Shown here: positions 26,112 to 41,098 of the stretch, piece after piece
Layout: each line of letters starts with the position of its first letter
How positions within the stretch are numbered: position 1 is the stretch's first letter
Assembly (NCBI RefSeq): GCF_009914755.1
Contig: NC_060939.1
Reading direction: 5' to 3' (one strand)
Source of the DNA: the human T2T-CHM13v2.0 reference genome, Homo sapiens
DNA: 64,000 nucleotides
Translations under genes and position numbers: made by a program
The notes under the pieces: model-generated
Seen by the model: the letters and a program-made list of their open reading frames with translations, nothing else
Databases searched by the model: none
What the model was told of the DNA's origin: nothing

Positions 26112-27969
26112 TAGATTTTTAGTTCCTGTGGGGCTGTGGTTCTGAAAAAGTGGTTCCCAACAGGCAGCAACAGCATCACCTGGGAATGTGTTAGGAAGTT
26201 TCCGGCCCAATCTGGCTCTCCTTGAGCCCCTGGAGTCCCTCAGGTTGGTGGCCACATGTCCCAGGTCTCCATGCCCCTGCTGCATGGAGGGGTCAGTGCC
26301 ATCCTGACTTAGCCCAGCTGATATTCACAAGGGCAGCATGGGGTGACAGCAAGAGCTGTGGATTAGCAAGGTCAGAACAAGGCTCCCAGACCTGGCCTGG
26401 GCCCTGCAGGACACATTCAACCCTCCTGAGCCTCACTTTCCTCATCTCCGAATGAGAGGCTCGGGAGTAAGGATTCTGGATCCACACTGTATGACACTTG
26501 GGTCTGCGGAGCTCTCTGCTGGACCCTGGGCAAGAGGCTGAGGTGGGTGCACGGAAAGATGGAACGGTGGTTCCTGCCTTCGCTGACCTTATAGTTCAGT
26601 TACATGCGGAACAGTGACACTCGGGTGACTAAAAACCAAGCCAGCTGCTTCTATTTCCAGGTTCAGGAGCAGGACACAAACACATGAGGCCCTATAAGCA
26701 GCAGGATACCACTGTGGGCTTTCTGGAGAGGGTGAGCCTTGAAAAGGGAGTTTGATTAAAAAGTAAAGGGAACACCCTCGAAGGAGGTGGGGAAACTGCT
26801 GAGCAAGGGCATGGAGACGGGGTTTTGTCGTGTGTTTGGAAGTGGGGACAAGACTCCCTGGCTCTCCCTTGCTTAATATGACACAGGCTGTGTCTTCCTC
26901 CCCGCACCTCGTAAAATCTTGCCTCTTCTGCCCCAGACAGCTGTGGACCTGTTTTTTCAGAGTATGTGCTCAGAATTACTTCTAGGTAGGCTCAGAGATT
27001 GGGTGGAGGCGGGGTGAGTGTGATGCTGTGATTAGATTCACCTTCAAGACTGAACCAGCCTCCCCACCGTTCTGATCCAGGCAGCAGCCCCATAACACAA
27101 GAGTTAAGAGGAGTTTGGAACGTGGATCTGGACTGTTGAGAGGAGGTGGAAGATGAGAAGTCCTAGGCCAGTGTAGGGAGGGAGAGAGCAGAGGGCATCT
27201 CTCATCGATTTGCTCATTTGTTCAATCAACAGCCAAACATTCACTGACTGTCTGCTCTGAGTTAAGGCCTATTCTGGCACTAGGACTGCAGAGCCTCCAT
27301 AGTTCTGGATATCTGTTAATGCTGAGCGTTTGGAGAGTTTGTCTAAACCCCCCATTTTACAGATGGGAAAACTGAGGCTCAAACCCAAGGCACACAAGAG
27401 GTCAGTGGCCTGGCCAAGATAGGCCAGGCCCAGGTATGTTCCCGCCAGCAAAAAGGGAATGACTCCAAGAGGCTGGAGCCTGTATGGACCCAAGCGTCAC
27501 CTGGCAGGAGAGGGAGAGTAAGCACAGATGCAGCCTCAGGGCCTGAGAGGGGTTGAAGTGTCCAGACGCAGATTCCCAAGAGTGGAACAATTAGCAACAG
27601 ACGAAATTCAGACAACTGGCCCCAGGGCAAGTTCAACAAACAGCCACCACAGGGCAGAGGTTTCTGGGAGTCTGGCCCCAAGCAGGATGGGGGCAAAGAG
27701 ACCAGGTACTGTGATTAAGTGCTGGAGGGGTTGGGGTTGTAGCCCCGGAGAAACTGATGTGCCTGGTCCTATGTGACAAAGGCAGGCCTGCAGGGTCCCA
27801 GAGTGAGGAGCCAGCCCCTCTGCAGCCCCTTTTGCCAGAGGCCACCGCTGATGCAGGGCTGAGCCTAGGAAAGGGCCCAGCACTAGAGCTGGGATGGAGC
27901 AAACCTGTGGCAGATCTGCTGGTGGCCCACAGCTGCAGAGCTGGAGGGCCTCAGCCAATAACAACATCA

Positions 27970-28190
27970 ATATAATAACAAGAAGGATGAGACAAGGCTT
28001 ACCATGCAACCAGCACTGTGCTAAAAACCTGTGTGCACTGTCTTGGTAAATCCCAGCAACAAGTATATCTCCATATCACAGATGAGGAAACTGAGGCACA
28101 GAAAGGTCAGGTCCTTGGTCAAGACCACACAGCTAGCAAGGAATAGAGCTGGACTTAAACACAGGGAGCTGGATTCTAGGGCCCATGTCT
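27970..28190 (-). mobile_element. MIR SINE
   Basis: 'acagatgaggaaactgaggcacagaaaggtcagg...caagaccacacagctagcaag'. Confidence 0.85.
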
Positions 28191-28224
28191 TGAAGGAATT
28201 CTCATCTCCTTTCTATGGTCCAGC

Positions 28225-28670
28225 CTTTTGATTATGTACATTTTCAAACATACATGAAAGAAGAGAAAATAGATATATGGACCCGCAGTGTATCTGTCAT
28301 CCAGCGTCAGTGTCGATCCACATTTTGCAATCTTATTTCTCCACAGACCTCACTATTTTTAGGAGAGGGCTAGGGTATTTTAAAGCAAATCACAGATATC
28401 GTATCCTTTCAACCTTAAGCACTTCAGTCTGCATATGGAATAGATAAGCATATTTTTCTTTCTCATACCGACTATGCTGTTATCACACCTAACAAAATCA
28501 GCAGTGACTTCTGGATGTCAGGGGTAAGTCTCTCTGATCATCTCCAAGATGGCTTTTTACAATTGCATCCAATCAGGACGCAAATTAGATCCACCCATTG
28601 CGTTTCGTTGCTCTGACACTCAGGTCTCTCTGATTCTCAAGTTTCCTCTCCCCACTTTCCCATGCCAACC
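28225..28670 (-). mobile_element. L1MC/L1ME 3' end fragment
   Basis: 'ttttcaaacataca...tattttaaagcaaatcacagatat...cacttcagtctgcat...tatcacacctaacaaaat'. Confidence 0.6.
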
Positions 28671-28749
28671 AGTTGAACCTCCTTTTATAGATGGGAAATG
28701 AGGCAGTGTTCGCGGTCTCTTCCAGGACTAGGCCCCAGCCAGCTCTAGT

Positions 28750-29200
28750 TCATTTCTGCTGCCGCCGTCGTGGCAGACCCTTCTCTTATTTATTCTTTTC
28801 TATTTGTGAACTAGCAGAGAAGTTAGCAAGAACGGGCATCCTCAAGCTCTGTGCGTTCTCAGGATATAATTCACTTTAATCTTTTAAGCATTTGACAGTA
28901 TTTGCTCGAAAGAAGGAGCAACAAGTACATAATTATTGCACTAATTAAGCTGCCAAAACACAAGCGTGAGGCAAGAGCACCTTTGAAACGGGGAGCCCAC
29001 GACGCATTAGCATCTGCTGTAAGCTTATTAATCACCTAACAGGCAATTAGCAAGCTGTTACTGTTTGAGGCTGCTATGTAAATAAATTCTTGGGTTAATT
29101 TCTTCCTCTGATAATAAAGAAAACATTATGAAAATTAGCTAAGCGACAATGTAAATGATCTTCACTGTTAATTATATGACAGCGTTACATATGCAAGGAC
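28750..29200. promoter_or_regulatory. Putative developmental enhancer / conserved non-coding element
   Basis: Apparently unique block with three TAATTA, two TGACAG, CCTTTGAA, TATGTAAAT and CAATTAG motifs plus retained CpGs. Confidence 0.5.
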
Positions 29201-29639
29201 CCCAGCGCTGATAAGGGACAGGCTCCCTCCTTCCCCATTGCCCATCCCCAGCCCCCACCTTGGCTCTGCCACTTTAAAAATAAAAGTGTTGACACAGGTA
29301 AGGAGGGGGAGCTTTGGGGACTGGAGTCACAGCTGTTTGCTTGCAGCTTGCCCAGAGCAACTGCCAACTCCTGCAAACTGGGATGTTTTGTCACCTGAAC
29401 CTCAAGTGGCCTTGGGCTGGACCTGTGACCCCAGCTGGCAGGAAGGGAGCAAGGAAGGGGCAGAGGACCAGGCCTGGGGTTCTCCCCACCCATGGCGGCC
29501 TGCTCCCTGAGGCCTCGCAGCAGTGCTGAATAGACTCCTGGGTTTATGTCATTGTCACATGGGGGAATTCCTGGGTACTACTGCGCATGTGGCATTGCTA
29601 GACAGAGGCCACCTAGCTCACCCATCTGGGTCAGGTGTG

Positions 29640-29890
29640 TGGCATGAGGCAGGTAGAGGCCCTGTAACTCAAGTTCAAATCCTGCCTCCACCACTCAATG
29701 TCTGTGTGACCTTGGACAAGTGACCAAACTCCCCTCAGCCTGTTTTTTCATCCGTGAAATGGAGATGATGGTACCAGAACCTGCAGAGGGTCGCTGTGAA
29801 CAAATATAAGGGATAATTCTCATAAAGCCCTTAGCACAGAGCCTGCCTATGGTGAGCACCGGATACATGCTCACTGGCATTATCATCACT
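29640..29890 (+). mobile_element. MIR SINE, near full-length
   Basis: 'gttcaaatcctgcctccaccact...tgtgtgaccttggacaagtgac...aaagcccttagcacagagcctg'. Confidence 0.85.
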
Positions 29891-30586
29891 GATCTGGTCA
29901 TTCCAAAAGACATTGATCATATGCCAAGATCTGTGCCAAGTGCAAGGAACCTCACAGCCTTGCCATCATGAGATGGGAGAGCCAGGGCATGCATGTCAAA
30001 ATAGCCAGCCCCGCCATGCAGCCAGGCCACGAGCCAGAGGAGAGGGACAGACCAGGGCCCGAGGTGTTGTGGCAAGTTGGGGAAGGGATGAAGCCAGTAT
30101 CTGGCTTTCTCAGGGGCTGGGTCTTGGGCACTGTTTTGGTTCTAAGCAAGTCCTGTAGTGTAATGGAGGGAGGATGGCTTTGGATCAGATGATGGTTTGT
30201 CTTCCCTTAAGGAAGCTCACTGCTCTGAGCCTTGTTTCTCACTTGGTTATGGAAGCAGAGGTAAGTGACAGGAAGCATCCAGCACAAAGCCTGACACGGT
30301 GGATGCACCATGAGGATGGGTCCCCTAAATTGTAGGATGGAGGGCAGACCAGAAAGCCTTCCAGCCAGGGTCAGCCTCTGAGACCTTTAAGGTCCTTTGA
30401 GCAGGGCAGAGGGGTCTGTGTACTACTGTTGATGGTTGCCCAGATGCCAGCATCTTGCTTGACCAGGTCCTGATGCGTGTTCCCTTACAAAAGCAATTCC
30501 CCGAGTTAGTCCTATCAGATACTCAATGAGGAAAGGGGTTCATGGTCAGTTGAGTTAAGGAAACACCCAGTTAAAAAGGTTTCTTT

Positions 30587-30866
30587 GCCAGGCGTGGTGG
30601 CTCATGCCTATAATCCCAGCACTTCGGGAGGCTGAGGCAGGTGGACCACAGGGTCAGGAGTTCAAGACCAGCCTGGCCAACATGGTGAAACCCCATCTCT
30701 ATTAAAAATACAAAAATTAGCCGGGCAGGGTGGCGGGCGCCTGTAGTCCCAGCTACTCAGGAGGCTGAGGCAGGGAATTGCTTGAAACCAGGAGGAGGAG
30801 GTTGCAGCGAGCGGAGATCACGCCATTGCACTCCAGCCCGGGCAACAGAGTGAGACTCTGTCTCAA

Positions 30867-30887
<21 letters not shown>
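30587..30887 (+). mobile_element. Alu SINE (AluSg-like)
   Basis: Full dimer with 23-nt poly(A); TSD aaaaaggtttcttt / aaaaagatttcttt. Confidence 0.96.
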
Positions 30888-30897
<10 letters not shown>

Positions 30898-31004
30898 CTG
30901 CAGGGCTTTTCTGAGCATCTAAACACTAATATGCCCATATCACAAAGTGCAAATGCTTCCATACATGAAGAGACCCTACAATCAATAACAAGACCAGCAA
31001 TCTA

Positions 31005-32535
<1,531 letters not shown>

Positions 32536-32544
32536 GCATGTAAA

Positions 32545-33050
32545 TCACAACTCATAGCAGACCTAGCCCGTCCTTTCCACCTTACCTGTCTCTTCTTCCA
32601 GCCTCAAGCAGTGACAGCACTGTGTGAGCATCAGCCCACTTCACAGAAGTGCCATCCTGCTCTTGCACTTCCTCTTGCTTCCCCTTCAGGGCATCTCTGT
32701 GGACCTTACCACTTCAGGACCACCCCTAGTGCCCACGATTGCCCAACTCAGACACAAGGGAAAATTATCTTCCATGGAGCCAATCTTCAGCCAATTGGAG
32801 ACTGGACCTGATGGAAATTTCTTCTCACTTGTCCTTTGCTATAGCAACCCTGAAACACAGTTTAATATGGCTTCTCAGGGAACAGTCCCTTGGGATCCAG
32901 CAATCAGTTGCACTTAGCGGCAGCCAGCTCAGTGTCAAATTCTCATGTCGGCTCTTCCTCCTCTGTGGCCACTCCCTAACCCTCTCCCTAGGACTGCACT
33001 TCTAATCAAGTCATAGCATCTAAGCTCTGTTTTTTAGGGGGCTTGAGCAC
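32545..33050 (+). mobile_element. LTR16-family ERVL solo LTR
   Basis: 'gccaatcttcagccaattggag...atggcttctcagg...gggatccagcaatcagttgcac...gcagccagctc...gctctgttttttaggggg'. Confidence 0.6.
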
Positions 33051-34316
33051 AGACAAGCTCTTTTGCACCTTTAGATTTCATCCCTTGTAATGTACCTACT
33101 AATACATACGTATATAATATACATATTATACACATTAGCATATATGTATGTGCTAATATGCACCTTGAATCTGCAAGAGGGGATAGAGAATAGCATATAT
33201 ACATTTCCTACTCTTGGTTGACTGTGGACCCTCTTTCTTGGGTACCCGCTGTCTTCTTGGCATTCCATGGGAAACAGTTGGTAATCCACCCCACACTGCT
33301 TTGCGTCCCAGTTCTGTCCTCTGGGGCCCCCTAGACGAGCCTCTGCCTTTATTCCATGACAACCACCTCATAAACTGAAGGCCATTATCCTTCTCCTCTT
33401 TTCCAGTTAAGGATCTTCTGCTACCTTAATAAGGTCTCTGACAGGCTCCCCCAGACCCCTTGACAGCTCAGCCGTTCTCCTCTCTACAGTCTTCAAACCT
33501 TGATGTGCTTTTTAATCTATGACACCTAGAAATAAATAAAAATCTTGGAAAGTGGCCGATGAGCACAGACAAAAATAAGGCTGTCACTCTTCCGGCTCTG
33601 GACGCGTTGGCTCTGCCCAGTCCGTGGAAGAGGAGAGACTTCCCTGTTTAGCGGCTGCATCACACTCTGGCTTCTATTGATCTCGTGGCCAACAGACTCC
33701 CCCCGGTCTTTTGCACAAGACCGGCTGCAAGCCAGCCTCCCACATCCTGTACTTAGGCAATCGATTTTTCTGAACCTGAAATGCAAAGCGCACACTCACT
33801 CATCCCTGGTAGGCTGTATCCTGCTAGAATCAGCCGCCGGCCCAGGCCTGCCAGGATCATGTGAATCCTAAATTGGCCAGCACAGCACAGGGAGGTGGAG
33901 AAATTTGCCCTTAGGCTGGTCTGCCACAAACTGACTGTGTGACTTTGAACAAGTTCTGTGTCTTTGTAGAGTGGGAAGGGGTGATCTCTAAGGTCTCGCC
34001 CAGCCTGACACTCTGAAACACTTGAATGATCACTCTCTCTCCCAGCTTTGTGATCAACCTGCCCTCTGTGTCTGCATCTACCAGGCTGCTGATCCAAGTG
34101 TGCTGATGAGTTCAGGGCCAAGCACAGACCTTGAAGGCAGGCTACCAGTGACCCCCTCTAGGTGGAAATGGAACCATCCATCAACCTATTTTGGCTAGGT
34201 TTGTTAAATGAGCTATGAAACCAGTAGCTGATTTATGACCAGCCTACATTTGGGTCTGTCTTCTGTTTACTATCCTGCCTTTTCTCATCCATTGGCTTGT
34301 ACATGTGAAAACACCT

Positions 34317-34611
<295 letters not shown>

Positions 34612-35380
34612 AAAACACCTAACACAGTGTCTAGCCGGAAGTCTAAGCAAGGTATGTGCACACTTCTTTTTGCTTCCTTCTCAGCTCTGCTATAACTATG
34701 TTCCTGCTCTGTATCTCCTGCCTTCTTTTATACCCAACTTGCCATGTGACTCCATGGCTTTGTGAAATGGACACGGGCTTTGTGACAACCGTGTTTGTCC
34801 AGCCGACCACTAAATTGGGCTGAGTGGTCACCAGGAGGTCCCCAGAAGACTGACCTCTGAAAAACTCCATATTAATTCCCATTGATCTTGGACCAAGGAG
34901 AGAAAACTTTACACTTGTTTTGCCTTAGTCTTGGGGTAGGAACTAGGTTTTATTTCCATTCTCTGTGTTTCTAAATCCTAACCCCATTGGAAAGATTATG
35001 GTGAGCACCTCAGGAAACTTTGCTTCCAAAGGCACATGGAACACACATCCAGGAAAATTAAATTTTACATTTAAATTTAAAAATTTATAAAATAAAAATA
35101 AAATGGAAATTCTTCCACCAATGTATTATCTAACAGGTGAAAAAATAATACAGACTAAAGAAAGAGAAAGATGGAAACACTGGTCTTTATGAAATGGACA
35201 AGATTCTCCCATTGAGTTACTGGAAAGATTGAATGCAATTCTATGTGGTCTCTCCTGGCAGATTGGCACATTGGGGGTGCTTAATGTTTTGCTTTTGTTT
35301 TTGTGTACGAGGGGTATTGGTTCTAATTATTCAGATGTTAGAGAGTTGGAGAGGTCTTTAAAGATCTGCTAATGAATCCT

Positions 35381-35680
35381 CTTTTTTTTTTTTCAGACAG
35401 AGTCTCACTCTGTGGCCCAGGCTGGAGTGTAGTGATGATCTTGGCTCACTGCAACCTCCACCTCCCAGGTTCAAGCAATTCTCCTGTCGCAGCCTCCTGA
35501 GTAGCTGGGACTACAGACATGGACCACCACACCCAGCTACTTTTTTTTTTTTGTATTTTTAGTAGAGACAGAGTCTCACCATGTTGGTCAGGCTGGTCTC
35601 AAACTCCTGACCTCAAATGATCTGCCCGCCTCGGCCTCCCGAAGTGCTAGGATTACAGGCCTGAGCCACTGTGCCTGGCC
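35381..35680 (-). mobile_element. Alu SINE (AluS)
   Basis: Antisense dimer; TSD atgaatcct. Confidence 0.96.
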
Positions 35681-35809
35681 ATGAATCCTTTCTTAGCAGA
35701 TAAGGACCCTGAGGCCCAGAGAGGAGCAGAAGGAGAGGCAGCCACTTGCTAGCTCTTCGTCCTCCCACCGGGAGACCATGTTAAGTTGCTAATGATAGTA
35801 TAAGGTAGT

Positions 35810-36040
35810 GATAATGGCTAACACGCATGGAGTACTCACTATGTCCTACCACTGTTCTCCCACCCCATCCTCACAACAACCTTACGAGAGAGGTATGATT
35901 ATTTTTTCAAGTTTCTAGATGGGGAAACAGAGACACAGAAAGGTTAAGCAATTTGCTCAAGGTCACACAGCAAGTAAGTGGCAGGGCAGGGCTTCTACTC
36001 CAGCAGGCCAGCCTCAGAGGCTGCAAACCCAAAGGGCTAA
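35810..36040 (-). mobile_element. MIR SINE
   Basis: 'atcctcacaacaaccttacgagagaggta...agatggggaaacagagacacagaaaggttaagcaatttgctcaaggtcacacagc'. Confidence 0.85.
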
Positions 36041-36129
36041 AGCAATGTCTGGGAAAGAACACTGCCTCCCTGCTTCTCCTCTTGCCACTGAAAGGGACTC
36101 TCCTCACAGCTGCAGCTCCTGTCCTCGTC

Positions 36130-36665
36130 AACCATTAGCTGGCCAATGCCATTCCTCCACTCAGCCCCCTGAAGGACCCCTCATTGGGTGAGAATCAAAC
36201 CACACACCCGCTTTCCTCCTCGGTCCACACGTGACTCTGGCCTGTCCGAGCTCCTGCTCACTGCCCTCCAGCCACACAGGCCTCCTGGCTGTTCCTTGAA
36301 CCCACTGAGTTCATTGGCTACTCAGAGACCACACACCTACTGTTTCTTCTGCCTGGAACACTCTTCCCCTGGGTTTAATTCAGGTCTCTGCACAAATGTC
36401 ACCTCCTCAGAAAGGCTTTCCCTGAACCATTGAAAGTTCTCCTCTCCCTCCCTTGACTGTCATTCTCTTCCCCCTCCCTTGCTTTATTTCTCTTCCCAGT
36501 GCTTATCCTGACCTGACAGGGGTTTGCATGATCTATTTGGGCCTCCATTATTTGCCTCCCCCACTAGAAGGTGGGAGGCCGTGAGCTCCCTGCTGCATCC
36601 CTAACACCTAGCACAGTGCCTGGCACATTGCAGGCATCCAATCCATCTTTGTTAAAAGAATGACT
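36130..36665 (+). mobile_element. L2 LINE 3' portion
   Basis: 'ctccagccacacaggcctcctggctgttccttgaac...aaatgtcacctcctcagaaaggctttccctga...cctagcacagtgcctggcaca'. Confidence 0.85.
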
Positions 36666-37469
36666 AGATGCAATTGCCTCACTCTCCTGACATCCAGGCC
36701 AGGGCTCAGGCACCAGGATCACCTGCTGGATGAACACAATCAGCACAGGCAGGAGGCAGCTGTCTTAAACATCCCCACCCTGGACTCCTCCTCCACATGT
36801 TGAATCCTGGAGAACAGACAGGGGAGAGCTGGCTTTCTAGGGTGCAGTGGGCAAGAGCAGCCCGGGGAACTCATCATCAGGGTCTAAAGGGCACATAGGG
36901 AACAGACTGGAGCCAGGGGCCAGGAACAGGGGAGGAAGCAGCCCCCACAGGGCTAACCAGGCCCAAGACAGCATCATTTCCAAAGGCCCATCCACGAGGA
37001 TCCTAGTATGTAGAGCCAAGGCTTGAAAGCACAGACTCCAGAGCCAGCCCACCTATTCCTGGTCAGTAACCTTGGACAACCAGTGCTCAGCTGGCCTCCT
37101 CATCTGCAAGGCTGCAGTGGAATGAGCTGCTGGACATGAAATGCCCAGCCCAGGGCCTGCAGGGCAGAGATGCTTGTCACACACACCTTTCTCCTCTCTT
37201 TGGTTCACCTTTCCCCTTTTCTCCTTCCCCTAACTCTCCAATACCTTTGCCCTTCACACTTTCCTTCAGAGTCAGGCTGGCTAAGGCTTCCAGGCTGATG
37301 CATTGTCCATGAGGGCAGGGAAGACACTCCCCCAAAACTTATATGTACTGTATTGAGTCTTCCAGAGACCCTGCACACTTTCTCCTAAGCTCAAGAGCTC
37401 CTGGAACATGGCACTGGAGGCGCCTTGATTACATGCAAGAGGAGAGGAAGGGAGTCCACAGTACTTCCT

Positions 37470-37880
37470 TGTGTTTGTTTCTGTACTTGAAGTAAAATTC
37501 ACGGGACATAAAATCAACCATTTTAAAGTGTACAGTCCAGTGGCATTGAGCGCCTTCATGGGGTTGTGCAACCATCACCTCTATCTAGTTCCGGAACATT
37601 TTCATTGCACCCAAAGGAAACTCCATACTCATTACACGGTCTTTCCCCATTCCCCCTGAGCCCCTGCAACCCCGAGCCCTCCCCGAGCCCCTGCAACCAC
37701 TAGTCTGCTTTCTGTCTCTGTGGATTTGCCTATTGCGGACATCTCATTTAGATGGAGTCATACAATGTGATCTTTGTGTCTGGCTTCTTTCACTCCATGT
37801 AATATTTTCGAGGTTCATCCACATCGTAGGAGGTATTAGTACTTCATTTCTTTTCAGGGCTGAATAATATTCCCCAGCAG
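37470..37880 (-). mobile_element. L1MB 3' end
   Basis: 'cataaaatcaaccattttaaagtgtacagt...ttgtgcaaccatcacc...ttcatttcttttcagggctgaataatattcc'. Confidence 0.85.
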
Positions 37881-39365
37881 CACTTCTTAATTCATAAGAA
37901 AGACAGTGGCCATTCCACATTTGGGCAGGGCTTTTCCTGGAGCTGGGCAGGGGCATGTGGAAGGAATTCAAAGAAGGAGTAAGGAGGGAAGACAGGGAGT
38001 AGGAAAGACGGAGGAAGGAGGGAGGGAAAGAGAGAGGGAGGGACGCCACCCTATAACAAGGATGAATGCAAGCAGCAGGGCTCAAGAGGATGCAGCTTCC
38101 AAGCCATGAGGGTGCATTTTGGTGACACTCAAAGATCAGCGAACGGTAAACACCTGAGCTAGGCAGCCCCGGGCTGGGCACGAAGCCCCAGAAGTTACAG
38201 CTTCTGCCCTGTGCATCTCGCCCACTCGCCGTTCTCACAACTTTCTCTTCTTGCACATGGGTCCTTTGGCAAGGCTGGCACCCCTGCCACCCTGCAAAGA
38301 CAATGAACACCCCACTCTTTGGAGAGGCCTTTCCTCTCTTCCACTGCTGGGGGACCTTGGTGCGCGTCAGGGTAGCTGCAGGGGCCGACTGCACTGTCCT
38401 GGCACCTTTGCCAGATCACAGAGGCCTGGACCCCCCACTACTTAGCTGTGGGCCAGAGCTTTGGCTTTGCACTTTGTGTCGAGGAGACATTCAGGGGACA
38501 AGCCAGGGCAGACGGGACTCCCACGTTCTTCGTTTGTTCCTTCACAAGGGTGTGGGGGTGGAACTGCAGGATGGGGCTTCCCTGGGATGGTTTAATTCAG
38601 TACAGAGACCCTTGTTTTTCCTGGAGCTTGGAAAGCCAGTTCTCCACACCTGGGGCTTAGCTGTGTCATGCCAGGGAGCCCAGCCAATCGAAATATTGAC
38701 TGAAGTCAGGTTTGAAGGCTTTTGATGACCCAGCTTTGTTTGTGTTTAATGGGCTTGGAAATTTAGATGCCCTTCCAATTCAAACTGGTCTGCCAAGGGT
38801 CTTTTCCCCCTCCCTGTTTTGTTTTGAATATTGGTTTGTTAAGTGGTTCACAAGAAAAATTCAGGTTTGGGTTCGGTTCAAGGATCAACAAATGTGTGCA
38901 GTTAGTTCTGGTCTGGGGTGCGCGGTTCAGACCAGTCTGAGGCTTTGGTTCAGAGAGAGAGGACAAAGCCCGCCGTTCACCGGGCAGGAGGAAGCACCGG
39001 CCCCCCTGCCCCTGCGGCCCCGCTGTGGGCCTGGGCCCGGCCTCTGCTGCATTTAGACTGGGAGCTTCAGCCCTCCAACCCCGGTGTGTCTCCGGAGGGC
39101 AGCACTGTTTGATTGATTTTGAAAGTACGACAGTAAAACAGTTAATAAAAACCCGATAGGTCTGTGCAGAGGCACTCCCCATACCACCTAAATGAGCGCT
39201 ATTCATCAAGGCTGGGCACAGACGCCCGGAGCGCCTCATACAGAGGAGGGGTTGGGTAACCACTGCCCAGCGCCTCAGGGACCCCAGCTTCCCCTGTCTG
39301 CTCTCAGCCCCCAGTGAAGATGAAAACGTCTGCCTCTGGAATTCCAGCTTCCCCTTTTATTAAGG

Positions 39366-39548
39366 CAGCGGTTCTCAAAGTGTGGTCCCAGAACCGCCAG
39401 CAGCATGGCCCCTGGGAACAGGTTAGAAATGCATATTCCTGGACCCCACTCCTTGCTAAGCCTGAACTCTGCGGTTGGGGCCCAGCTATCTGTGTCTTGT
39501 CAGGCCCTCCAAGAATTCTGATGCAGGCTCCAATCCAAGAATCCTGCT
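39366..39548. mobile_element. MER5A hAT-Charlie MITE
   Basis: cagcggttctcaaagtgtggtccc...gttagaaatgca...gggcccagctatctgtgt...ttctgatgca. Confidence 0.85.
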
Positions 39549-39829
39549 CTATAAAGTCTCCTCCACACTCCAACTCATCACACACCTTGAGTTTTCAAAC
39601 CTTGTGTTTCCTCTCTGTCAAAAAATACTTGACAAATCCAGATAACACTAAGGCTGGAAGTTTTGGAACAGAGGATGAAATAGCAACCCTCCACTCAACA
39701 CTAGAGATCTGCGTGGCAGCTGATGAGAAGGAGGGTCTTTTGGGGGCTGGAGTGGGCTGAAGGAGCACTGTCTGCCCCAGCTCTTTCTGCTTTTTCAGAG
39801 TACTGGGACAGGAGAGGTGGAAAAGGTTC

Positions 39830-40060
39830 AGGGTGTGTATCTGGAGCTGGAAGGCCTGGGCTCAGGTCTCCACTCAGACCCGTGCCTGCTGTGTGACCTT
39901 GGGCAGGTCATGTCACCCCCTGTACTTTTTAGTTCCCTCTTCTGAGAACTGGGGACAATAATAGGATGCATCTCATAGGACTGTTGTCCGTGAATAAATG
40001 GAAAGTTCTTGGGACAGGCATCTGCTCCTCTCATGGGGACCACCAGGTGTGCTCTCGAGC
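39830..40060 (+). mobile_element. MIR SINE
   Basis: 'gctgtgtgaccttgggcaggtca...ctggggacaataatagg...ctcataggactgttgt'. Confidence 0.75.
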
Positions 40061-41098
40061 TCCCAGCAGCTCCCCTTGGGTCCAGGCGCCTACACCTCTG
40101 TCCACAGCCAGTAGATATATGTGAGGATGTGTGTTCTTGCTGGCCAGTGTGGGGGTGCTCCTGTCCTTGGAGAGGCAGAAACTCCACTGCATGATCTTGA
40201 GGATGGGGCAGTGGCTCCATCATCATCACTCTCACCCTGGTGGGGATAGCAGATCCCTGCACTGCTGGTCCTGTGGCTGTGGTCACCCAATGGTGGCCCC
40301 GACAAGTAGCCCTGCTGCCATATATAATTCCCCAGAGGAGACAAGAGAGGAGAGAACAGGGGTAGTGGAAAAGTAAGAATGGATATGAAGAAGGAAGAGA
40401 GAGAAGCACATGGAGACAAAGAGAAGGATATGGGAAGAAAAAGAGGGGAGGACTGGAGGAACAAAGGCATGCAGAGATGGGGAAGATGTGGAGATGGACG
40501 AGAGAGAAAGAAGAAAGGGACGAGAAGGCGGGGCTCTGCTCCTCTGCACCAGTCCATGCTCTGCAGTCTGTGAATTAGCCAGGCTGTGTATGTGAGTAGA
40601 AGACCAGCCTCTCAGAGCACCTGACCTTTGAGAGAGGCAGGTGAATGCCTTTACCCTGATCTTGGAACCTGAATGTGGCCACACCAGCCTCACCTTGACC
40701 AAGGAGCTGGAGTGTGGCTGGTCAGCCACTGCCCACATGTCCAGAAATGGAGGCTGAGGGGTCCCCTATGAGGAGCTGTGCCAGGAGCAGGTCTCACGCA
40801 GGGTGAAGGAAGCTGGCAGCTGTCTCTCCACATCAGCCACAGGTTCCGGTGGCACCAAGTTTCCCCTCCCTGCCCTACCTGGCCATCTGCCCTGCTGCAC
40901 TCAGGCCCAGGCCTCTGGGCTCACTAGAGGACCTGCTGTGTGGGTCCTGACATTGCTGCCAGTGGCTCTGAGACTCTCCTGCCTGAGACTGCCACGTGTC
41001 AGCTCTACCGTAGCTTTTGCCTGCAGTTTGTGGAGTGAGAGGTTGTGTCATTTGAACAACAGCAGGTCATGGGGAAAATGCCCAGGCATGGCAAGAAT

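Noticed and set aside
37655-37700. Short local duplication gagcccctgcaacc within the L1MB fragment
   Set aside because: Ordinary slippage duplication in a dead repeat
37744-38394. 216-aa minus-strand ORF, the longest mostly non-L1 ORF
   Set aside because: No recognisable domain; the middle translates a low-complexity GA tract and the C-terminus runs into an L1MB 3' end (YYSALKRNEVL); no splice or codon evidence
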